NCBI GenBank assembly: GCA_965198175.1
Contig: OZ240245.1
Location: 2,400,001-2,464,000, forward strand
Direction: 5' to 3'
Length of the DNA stretch: 64,000 nt
Source: Candidatus Poribacteria bacterium
GTDB taxonomy: Bacteria; Poribacteria; WGA-4E; PCPOR2b
Of this stretch, positions 51,140-59,843 are shown piece after piece. The notes beneath the pieces were generated by a model. It was not told where the DNA came from, made no database searches, and worked only from the letters and a program-made list of their open reading frames with translations. How positions within the stretch are numbered: position 1 is the stretch's first letter; each line of letters begins with the position of its first letter. The translations under genes were made by a program, and so were the position numbers.

Positions 51140-52566
51140 ATCCAATTCAGTTTTCTACCCGTCCAATATTGCTCGTCGACGACGAAGAACTTTTTCTGGT
51201 CAGTACGAGCCGCGCGCTTAGGGCAGAGGGCATTAATCATGTCGTCCAATGTCAAGACAGCCGCGAAGTTATGTCTACCTTGTCAAAAGCGGACTTCTCG
51301 GTTGTCGTGCTGGATTTGATGATGCCTAATTTATCAGGGCTGGACCTGCTTCCGTTGATTCTTGCCGACTTTCCGGACCTTCCCGTAACGGTTGTCACGG
51401 GCGTAAAAGACGTGGAAACCGCGGTAGATTGTCTGAAAACTGGGGCATTCGACTACCTCGTGAAACCGGTGGACAGCACCAGGCTCGCGGCGACGATTCG
51501 GCGCGGACTAGAAATGAGCGACTTGCGGCGTCAAAATCGTCTGCTAAAGGAACGTGTGCTCTCTGACGAACTGGAACAACCTGAAGCGTTTTCTGACATT
51601 GTCACACAAGACCGCACAATGTACTCAATTTTCCAGTATGTCGAGACAATCGCTCTAACCCCCATGCCGGTGTTGATTACGGGCGAAACCGGTGTTGGCA
51701 AGGAACTGATTGCGGCGGCAATCCACAAGCTGAGCGGACGGGAGGGTGAATTTGTTTCGGTCAATATAGCGGGACTCGACGACCAACTATTCTCGGACAC
51801 GCTTTTCGGTCATAGAAGAGGGGCGTTCACCGGCGCGGATACACCTCGCAAGGGATTGATTGAACAAGCGTCAAACGGTACGCTCTTCCTTGATGAAATC
51901 GGAGACCTGCACATGGAGTCGCAGGTCAAACTGCTGCGTCTTCTGCAGGAAAGAAATTACTTTCCGCTTGGCGACGATTTCCCGAGAATGAGTAACGCTA
52001 GAATAGTTGTTGCGACCAATAGAGACATACAATTTCTGAGAGAGTCCGAAACTTTTCGTAATGACCTCTATTACCGCCTGCAAACCCATCACGTCCACTT
52101 ACCCCCGCTTCGTGAGCGAACGGGTGATATCCCGCCATTGGTTTCCTATTTTCTCGAAAGCGCCGCTGAGAAACTAGAAAAGAAAACACCCACGCCTCCA
52201 GCGGAACTCGTTACGTTACTCAGAGCGTATCCCTTCCCGGGCAACGTCAGAGAGCTTGAGGGAATGGTCCTGGATGCCGTCAGTCGGTACAAAGGGGGTG
52301 TACTCTCTACAGAATCGATCCGGGACGAGATTCGTCACGAATCGCTCGTTTTCCGGGAAGACGGTGAAATGGACGAGATTGCATTCGCGGATGGACTGTC
52401 CACGTTGCATGGACTGCCCTCGTTGAAAGCAAGTGAACGGCTTATAATTGCTGAAGCGCTTAAGCGTGCGGATGGCAACCAGACGATTGCCGCAGGACTT
52501 TTGGGCATGACAAGACAGGCGTTGAACAACCGTCTAATCCGCAACCGAACGCCTGACGATGTGTGA
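51136..52566 (+). CDS. sigma54-dependent response regulator (NtrC family: REC-AAA+-Fis HTH)
   Basis: VDDE, DLMMP, GETGVGKE, GAFTGA, LFLDEIG, FPGNVRELE, C-terminal HTH; ATGA overlap with the kinase. Confidence 0.96.
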   Translation: MNPIQFSTRPILLVDDEELFLVSTSRALRAEGINHVVQCQDSREVMSTLSKADFSVVVLDLMMPNLSGLDLLPLILADFPDLPVTVVTGVKDVETAVDCLKTGAFDYLVKPVDSTRLAATIRRGLEMSDLRRQNRLLKERVLSDELEQPEAFSDIVTQDRTMYSIFQYVETIALTPMPVLITGETGVGKELIAAAIHKLSGREGEFVSVNIAGLDDQLFSDTLFGHRRGAFTGADTPRKGLIEQASNGTLFLDEIGDLHMESQVKLLRLLQERNYFPLGDDFPRMSNARIVVATNRDIQFLRESETFRNDLYYRLQTHHVHLPPLRERTGDIPPLVSYFLESAAEKLEKKTPTPPAELVTLLRAYPFPGNVRELEGMVLDAVSRYKGGVLSTESIRDEIRHESLVFREDGEMDEIAFADGLSTLHGLPSLKASERLIIAEALKRADGNQTIAAGLLGMTRQALNNRLIRNRTPDDV

Positions 52567-52634
52567 AGGGTCGTTCACCTTTTCCAACCTCTCTTTCCAA
52601 TCTGTATCAAGCCTCTCCTCCCTTCAAATGAAGA

Positions 52635-52880
52635 GCCACATTTGTTGCTTTTTGAGCCACATTTGTTGACATCGCCTGAACACCTGATTTGGTAAGGGTT
52701 CAGGGGATTTCCGAGCATAAAATCTCTGAATCCTTGTCAACAAATGTTGCTTTTCCTTTCATACCACTTGAACGCTGCCATCCCAGACTGAAAAAAATTT
52801 AATCTGCCTGTATCCCTTGATACATCTGGGTTTCCGAGTCCAAATTGAGGCGTGATTTTGGCTTTGGCATAGAAATTGCT
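52635..52880 (+). promoter_or_regulatory. sigma54 enhancer-promoter module, copy 3 (diverged)
   Basis: GCCACATTTGTTGC, GCCACATTTGTTGA and TCAACAAATGTTGC; TGGCATAGAAATTGCT at 52865-52880; intervening sequence homologous to copies 1 and 2. Confidence 0.8.
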
Positions 52881-52940
52881 CAAACTATGGTCATAGAAAC
52901 TTAATTTGGAACGCGGGGATTCACTTCAAAGGAGGCGGCG

Positions 52941-54977
52941 TTGATGAATTTTGGGGTCACGTGCATCTCACTTAGCGTCATTTGCTTCGTTTTGCTTGGT
53001 TGCTTGTTCTCGTTTACACAAGCCACTTCGGATGCCGCCAACGCTTTTACACTCATCTACGCCGGTGAGGAAGGTGGACAGCTTGGACTCCACGGCTGTG
53101 GCACCGAACAGGTCGGCGGGCTTTCTCGACGCCACACCGTAATCAACTCCTTGCGTGAAAAACACCCCGCCCCACTGAATCTGCACACCGGAAACATCCT
53201 TGACCCGACCAACCCGAACAACGAACTCGTCTGCCAAATCGCGCTCGAAGCCTTGAGCACCATGCATTACGATGCACTCTGTCTCGGACCGGGTGATTTG
53301 TGTTTCCCCATTGATTCGCTCTCCGCCCTTTACGCCAACCATCCGGATCTGCCGGTTGTTTGCACGAATATCGTAGGGGCGCGGTTCCCGCGCCCGTTTG
53401 AGGTCGTCGAAATCGCGAAGACAAATATTGCCGTGGTTGGTCTGATATCGAAGTCTTATGAAACCGAGATTTGCGCCTTCAATCCGGGTGTACCGCTCAC
53501 GCATCCAGCGGAAGCACTGGAGGCTTTGGGGGAAGAAATCACGGGGAAAAGTGATGTTGTCGTGGGAGTTTTTCACGGGTCAGAGGCGGAAGCGCGCAAA
53601 CTTGCAGAAGCGTTCCCATGGCTATCCGTTCTCGTCCTCGCCCAGAATCAACCTTCGGAAACATCTTCAGATGCACCGATTGTCGTGAGAGATACGACAA
53701 TTGTGACCAATCCCGCTAAAGGAGAAGCGGTCGGGGTTCTGGAGATTGGCCTTGACGCCAATCGTCATAAAGTAGTGTCGCGGAAAAATCAGCGCGTTGC
53801 GGTCTCAGAAGGAATTGTACCTGACGCTGACCTTGAAACCCTGTTGGCGCTCTATGATTCGCTCTCCGAAGATGTCGAATTTAGCGATCATGGGAGTGTA
53901 CATGATGACCGTGCCGTCCATATCACCTACTTCCACAAGCGAGGCTGCCAAAAGTGTGTTAGAGCTAGTGAGATTTTGAAACGCCTCAAAACCGAATACC
54001 CGCAGATTGTAGTTGAAAAACGATACGCCAAAGCCGACCAACAACTGCTTGAGGCGATGGGCGCGCTCTACAACGTTCCTGAAATCAAACGGCTCACCAC
54101 ACCGGCGGTGTTTATCGGGGATGCGTATCTACTGGGTGAACTTGGTGAGGCTGAATTAGAAGAAATTGTCGGGAAATACCTCACAACAGGGGTTGCCTCG
54201 CGGCTATCCGAGGCAGAAGCTAGGACAGTTGAAGCGGAATCCGATATCGTCGAACGCTTTAGCGCTTTCGGGACATTGACCGTCGCAGGTGCGGGGTTGC
54301 TCGACGGAATTAACCCGTGCGCCTTTGCCACGATTGTTTTCTTCATCTCCTATCTTTCTCTCGTCGGACGTTCACGCAAAGAGATGCTCGTCGCCGGTGG
54401 CGCATTCGCCGCAGCGGTGTTTGTGGCGTACCTGCTGTTGGGGGTGGGATTACTTAAGTTTCTCTCGTTCCTCAACGAGTTCTCGGTGGTTGCCAAGTGC
54501 CTCTACCTAGTTGCCGCGATTGGGACGTTCACGCTGGCGTTCTTCAGCCTGTACGACGCTATCAAAGCGAAACAGGGCAAGGTAAAGGAGATTACGCTGC
54601 AGTTGCCTAAGTCACTGAAGCAGCGTATCCACAAAGTCATCCGCGAACAGACGCGTACCTCAAGCATCATCATCGGCGCGTTGGTCATCGGGTTCGCAAT
54701 TTCTGCTCTAGAGCTAGTCTGCACCGGGCAAGTCTACTTGCCGACGATTACCTTCGTCATGGGTGTCGAGGGCATGCGCGTAAACGCGTTGCCCTACCTG
54801 ATTTTGTATAACTTGATGTTTATTACCCCTCTGCTGATTGTATTCGGATTCGTGTATTGGGGCACGACTTCGATGCAGTTGGGTGGCGCATTACAGCGGC
54901 ATCTCATGTCCGTGAAGTTAGGAACCGGAGTGTTGTTGCTCGGTTTAGGAGTTTGGCTATTGCTTAGCATTGTATAG
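52941..54977 (+). CDS. Fusion: degenerate 5'-nucleotidase-like domain + thioredoxin/glutaredoxin-like CxxC domain + CcdA/DsbD membrane domain
   Basis: GCG...GGLSRR, MHYDALCLGPGD; YFHKRGCQKC...TPAVFIG; GLLDGINPCAF and ELVCTGQVY in the TM region. Confidence 0.78.
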   Translation: MMNFGVTCISLSVICFVLLGCLFSFTQATSDAANAFTLIYAGEEGGQLGLHGCGTEQVGGLSRRHTVINSLREKHPAPLNLHTGNILDPTNPNNELVCQIALEALSTMHYDALCLGPGDLCFPIDSLSALYANHPDLPVVCTNIVGARFPRPFEVVEIAKTNIAVVGLISKSYETEICAFNPGVPLTHPAEALEALGEEITGKSDVVVGVFHGSEAEARKLAEAFPWLSVLVLAQNQPSETSSDAPIVVRDTTIVTNPAKGEAVGVLEIGLDANRHKVVSRKNQRVAVSEGIVPDADLETLLALYDSLSEDVEFSDHGSVHDDRAVHITYFHKRGCQKCVRASEILKRLKTEYPQIVVEKRYAKADQQLLEAMGALYNVPEIKRLTTPAVFIGDAYLLGELGEAELEEIVGKYLTTGVASRLSEAEARTVEAESDIVERFSAFGTLTVAGAGLLDGINPCAFATIVFFISYLSLVGRSRKEMLVAGGAFAAAVFVAYLLLGVGLLKFLSFLNEFSVVAKCLYLVAAIGTFTLAFFSLYDAIKAKQGKVKEITLQLPKSLKQRIHKVIREQTRTSSIIIGALVIGFAISALELVCTGQVYLPTITFVMGVEGMRVNALPYLILYNLMFITPLLIVFGFVYWGTTSMQLGGALQRHLMSVKLGTGVLLLGLGVWLLLSIV

Positions 54978-54997
54978 AATGGGGAGGCTCGACGATA

Positions 54998-56854
54998 ATG
55001 ATAATACGGAAATCCTATCAACCAACTAAAACGTACGATGCGAACTGTTACCTACTGGCAAGAGTTGTGGTCGTAATACATTCTGTTCTTTTGTTGCTCC
55101 TGATGAATTTCATTGTCTTTCCGGCAAATTCCCAGAAGCCACAAGAGCAGATTGTGTATATATCTGACAAGGCAGATATTCAAAAAATTTACGTTCGAAA
55201 AGCTGACGGCAGTCTGGTTAAACAGCTTACATTAGAAGGACGCTATCAAGCACCATCATTATCGTTTGATGGAAAACGGGTTGCGTTTGCCTCGGGAGAC
55301 GGTCGAAGTCGAGACTATGACATTTTTGTTGTGGATATACAATCTCGCGAGCAGCGTCAAGTGACATTTGCAGCAAGTCGGGACCTTTATCCGTCTTGGG
55401 CGCCTGATGGAAGTCGGATTGTGTTCGCTTCAGATCCAGGGGGTATTTTCAATCTCTACACCGTAGATGAAAATGGGGAAAACCGATCGCGCTTGACGAA
55501 TAGTTCGGGCGACGATATCCAACCCGACTGGTCTCCGGACGGACGTAAAATCGCGTTCGCGTCTGATCAGGCAAGCGCAGTTCATCAAATTTACTGGATG
55601 GATGTCAAAACAGGACGCCAACGAAAACTGACTCAAATAGATTTGGGAACCGATTACCCGAGATGGTCACCTGATGGGACACAGGTGGCCTTCCATACCG
55701 CAGTTGTTGACAGGACGCCGAAACCAGACGACAAAATGCAAATTTGGAAAGGCAGCGCTGACGGAAGAGGATTGGAAAACCTAATAAAAGATGGCGAATA
55801 CAATATTTACCCCGCCTATTCACCTGACGGGGAGAAGATGGCGTTTGCATCGTCGAGAAACGATAACTTGGACATTTATACCTTGGATACGGAGTCCATG
55901 AGAGTTCTCCGTCTAACTCGTGACAAATTTTTCGATTATCAACCGAGTTGGTCATCGGATGGTAAACACCTCGTTTTTGTTTCCGAAAGAACGGGCAATC
56001 CTGACATTTACAGGATAAATGCCAAAGGCGGCGAGATTGTTAATTTGACCAAGAGTGAAGCCGACGAATATAGGCCGGCTTGGTCTCCCATAGGGGATAC
56101 GATTTGTTTCGTGCGAATTGTACATGGAAAGCGCGAGATTCGCGTTATGGACAGCAACGGGAAACGTCAATTGAGGCTGGATAATAGCCCATTTTACAAC
56201 ACATCACCGACATGGTCGCCGCAAGGGGAAAAGATTGCCTTTGTGAATAAGCCCGAACGGGATACTAAGGTTTATCACATTTATACAATTGATCCGGATG
56301 GGCAGAATAAGCAATTGTTGTTTGAAACGGAAGCAGTCGAAATTAAAAATATCAGTTGGTCTGGGGATGGCAAAAAAATGCTGTTTGTCTATTATGATGG
56401 CAGGATTCAAGAAATCCGTATCCTTGATGTGAGGACGCGCGAGGTTACCTCAATTAAATTCGCGGTATTTGGGATCACCAGCGCAGCATGGGCACCGTTT
56501 GGTGGGACTATTGTCTTTTCGGCTTATCCCGTAAACCTGCGGCGCACCTTACGCTATGGCATTTTTTTGATGGACGCCAACGGCAAAAATCAAGAACCCC
56601 TTTGGGATACGTTCATTCCCGATCAAAAATACAGAAAACAGCATTTTTCGTGGTCGCCGGATGGGCAAAGCATTCTATTTAGACGCGGAGATGGAAACCT
56701 CTATGTCGCTGATTTAAACGGGGGAGGCGTCACACTTTTTTTCAGAAATGCGCATTCACCGGATTGGAAGACGCCTCGTGTCCGGCGGGGTGTAAGACCC
56801 AAAAACAAGCTGCAAACAACCTGGGGAGAAGTCAAAGAAATAAACCGTAATTAG
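54998..56854 (+). CDS. Exported TolB-like (PD40 repeat) beta-propeller protein
   Basis: Multiple P.WSPDG..IAF.S repeats; hydrophobic N-terminal segment; C-terminal GVRPKNKLQTTWGEVK. Confidence 0.9.
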   Translation: MIIRKSYQPTKTYDANCYLLARVVVVIHSVLLLLLMNFIVFPANSQKPQEQIVYISDKADIQKIYVRKADGSLVKQLTLEGRYQAPSLSFDGKRVAFASGDGRSRDYDIFVVDIQSREQRQVTFAASRDLYPSWAPDGSRIVFASDPGGIFNLYTVDENGENRSRLTNSSGDDIQPDWSPDGRKIAFASDQASAVHQIYWMDVKTGRQRKLTQIDLGTDYPRWSPDGTQVAFHTAVVDRTPKPDDKMQIWKGSADGRGLENLIKDGEYNIYPAYSPDGEKMAFASSRNDNLDIYTLDTESMRVLRLTRDKFFDYQPSWSSDGKHLVFVSERTGNPDIYRINAKGGEIVNLTKSEADEYRPAWSPIGDTICFVRIVHGKREIRVMDSNGKRQLRLDNSPFYNTSPTWSPQGEKIAFVNKPERDTKVYHIYTIDPDGQNKQLLFETEAVEIKNISWSGDGKKMLFVYYDGRIQEIRILDVRTREVTSIKFAVFGITSAAWAPFGGTIVFSAYPVNLRRTLRYGIFLMDANGKNQEPLWDTFIPDQKYRKQHFSWSPDGQSILFRRGDGNLYVADLNGGGVTLFFRNAHSPDWKTPRVRRGVRPKNKLQTTWGEVKEINRN

Positions 56855-56899
56855 CCTCCTTATTTGAGGTTTCATTCGCCAAAAACTGCCATGGCTTGT

Positions 56900-57025
56900 C
56901 TCTTTTGGATCACGACTGCAATGCAGTTGGGTGGTGTGTTACAGGGGCATCTCATGTCCGTGAAGGTAGGAACCGGAGTGTTGTTGGTCTGTTTAGGAGT
57001 TTGGCTATTGCTCAGCATTGTGTAG
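56900..57025 (+). pseudogene. Duplicated 3' fragment of the CcdA-fusion gene
   Basis: Near copy of ~54855-54977 (MQLGG.LQ.HLMSVK.GTGVLL..LGVWLLLSIV*). Confidence 0.85.
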
Positions 57026-57045
57026 CATAAGGAGGCTCGACGATA

Positions 57046-58948
57046 ATGACAATACGGAAATGCCATCAACCAACGAATTAGGTACAATCCAAATTGTTAC
57101 CGGTCGGCTAGAATTGAGGTCGTCACACATTTTGTTATTTTGTTGCTGCTGATGAACTTCGGTATTTTTCCCGCAGATGCTCAGAAGCAACAAGAGCAAA
57201 TGGTGTTTGTGTCCGAAGGTGCAGACCTTGAACAAATACACCTCAGAAAGGCTAGAGGCGGTCGAGTCAAAACTTCTAAGCTTACATTACAAGAGCCAAC
57301 GGGAACCTATTTCACACCATCATTATCGTTTGATGGAGAACTGGTGACATTTACCTCGCTACTCGGACGAAACTACGATATTTATGTTACCGAGCTACGG
57401 TCTCGTAAGCAGCGCCGCGTGACGTTTGCGCCAAGTCGTGACCTTTATCCGTCTTGGGCGCCTGATGGCAGTAGGATTGCGTTCGCATCGGACAAAGAGG
57501 GAGTTTTCAATCTCTACACCATCGAAACAAATGGGGAAAACCGCACCCGTCTGACGAATAGTTCGGGCGACGATATCCAACCTGACTGGTCGCCCGACGG
57601 AAGTAAAATCGCTTTCGTGTCTGATCAGGCTAGTGCTGTCCATCAAGTTTACTGGATGCATGTCCGAACAGGACGCCAACATAGACTGACGCAGAGCATT
57701 TATTTTACCCGTATCCCGAGATGGTCGCCTGATGGAACCAAATTAGCATTCCATTCCAAAGTTATTGACTGGGCGCCACGTCACTCCAGGCAGATTTGGC
57801 AAGTCAGCTCTGACGGAACCGGCTTAAAAAGCCTAATTACAGACGGTGAATTCAATGATGACCCAGTCATTTCTCCCGATTTAAAGCAGATTGCCTTTAC
57901 TTCTACGAGAGACGATAACACCGACATTTATACATTCAATAGAAATTCCTTGCAGATTCTGCGAATTACACACTCCTCGTCTGACGATTATCAACCGAGT
58001 TGGTCCCCGGACAGCAAACACCTTGTTTTTGTTTCTGAAAGAACGGGCAACGCTGACATTCACAGGATTAACGCCGATGGCGGCGGGCTTGTGAATTTGA
58101 CTCGCAGCGAAGCCGACGAATCCATGCCGGCTTGGTCTCCTACAGGGGACACGATCTGTTTTGTGCGAAAGGTTGGAGATGATGTACTTGGAAGGCGAGA
58201 AATCCGTGTGATGGACAGCAACGGGAATCGTCAAATTAGGCTGGAAAATATCCTGTTTTCCAACAGATTTCCGGCATGGTCGCCGCGAGGGGATAAGATT
58301 GCCTTTGTGAATTGGCCCGAACGCCTCACTAGGGCTGTACGCATTTATACAGTTGATATGGATGGGCAGAATAAGCGATTGGTGTTTAAGACATTAGATG
58401 GAGTAATCAGAAAAATCAGTTGGTCTCCGGATGGCAGAAAAATCCTGTTTACCTATCACGCCTCTGGTGATGAGATTCTTCAAGAAATCCGTAAAATTAA
58501 TGTGCATACACGTGAGGTCAACTCAATAAATGCGAAGGTAGTTGGTCTTGACAACGCCGCTTGGGCGCCCATTGGGCAGACGATTGTTTTTTCAGCTATG
58601 CCAGTACGCCCGCTGTCGTCCTTACGCACGGTACGATATGGTATTTTCTTGGTGGATCCCGATAGCGATAAGACTCAAGAACCCCTACCCGTTTGGGATA
58701 CATTCATTCCCAAGAAGCAATACGAATACAGAAAAGAACGTTTTTCGTGGTCGCCCGATGGGCAAAGCCTCCTATTTAGCCGCGGAGATGGAGACCTTTA
58801 CGTAACTAGGTTAAGCGGGGGAGGCGCCACACGTTTTCTCAACAATGCCCATTCGCCGGATTGGAAGACGCCTCGTGTCTGGCGGAGCGTAACACCCAAG
58901 AACAAGCTGCAAACCACTTTGGGAAAGGTCAAAGAAATTAAACGGTGA
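57046..58948 (+). CDS. TolB-like (PD40) propeller paralogue 2, with a +1 frameshift in its N-terminal leader (possible pseudogene)
   Basis: The RBS and ATG homologous to 54998 lie at 57046 but run into TAG at 57079. The body ORF 57140-58948 is intact; C-terminal SVTPKNKLQTTLGKVK. Confidence 0.8.
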
Positions 58949-59261
58949 GTAACCTCCATATTTGAGATTTCATTCGCCAAAAACTGCCACCCCTTGTCTC
59001 TGTCGGCTGAGGTAACGATTATGCGAAGAAAACGCCTTTCTTTGGTAATACTACTAAGCATAGCAGATTCATTTATGCTTTACTTCTTCATATTCAACAT
59101 CAAGAAGCAGACTTGACCGCACTACAAAGTACATGATTCAGTAAGGTTGAACTTGTCGCAATCCAAGTGGGATGCTTGGTATATTTCGTGGGTGCCGTTC
59201 AACCCAACCTACGTGTTGTATCAACCTCCTCCTCTCGCCGACGCCCTCTCTTACAACCAAG

Positions 59262-59411
59262 TGACACATTTTTGTCTTTTCCTTCCATACCGCTTTGAAC
59301 ACTACTTCCCCAGACTGAAAAAAAAATTGAAACTGTCCGGATGCCTTGATACTCATGCTTTCTGAGTCCAAATGGAAGGTGACTATTAGACTGTAGGGCA
59401 TAATTTGTGCC
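59262..59411 (+). promoter_or_regulatory. Shortened, degenerate copy 4 of the sigma54 module
   Basis: GTGACACATTTTTGTC joined directly to the ...CATACC...CCCAGACTGAAAAAA...GAGTCCAAAT block; GG-N10-GC at 59397-59410. Confidence 0.6.
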
Positions 59412-59473
59412 GTAAAGAAAGAGGTATTGCCTCAATAGAGCGTATAGTTTTCATTTTTTCCTTTGGACGCATC

Positions 59474-59738
59474 TTGCACCATTTGGTGCAACCCGATAAG
59501 GAAATTTAACCGTTTAGCGCAAAATTTTTCAGTATTCGCTTGCGGTACAACGAGTTCGTTTCATGAACTAACAAATTTTATGGTGCCACGTGGGAAACGA
59601 AAAAACAGACGTATCGGCAACCGAAACACAGTAATGGAGCGGGACAGACAACAGAACATTTTTCATCCAATTTCCAATATGCACTTAAGATTTAAGTAAC
59701 ATCTTTAATTGAGATGTGACTATGGCATATAAATTGCG
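59474..59738 (+). promoter_or_regulatory. sigma54 promoter with upstream palindrome for the DUF4159 gene
   Basis: TTGCACCA-TT-TGGTGCAA at 59474-59491; TGGCATATAAATTGCG at 59723-59738. Confidence 0.72.
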
Positions 59739-59843
59739 TATTGTAGCAAATAACCCCGTGTAAAATGTTAGATGAGATGCCTGGGTTTTTCAGGAATTTT
59801 AGCAACCACAACACGATGACATTATGAATTTTGGAGGAAAAAA

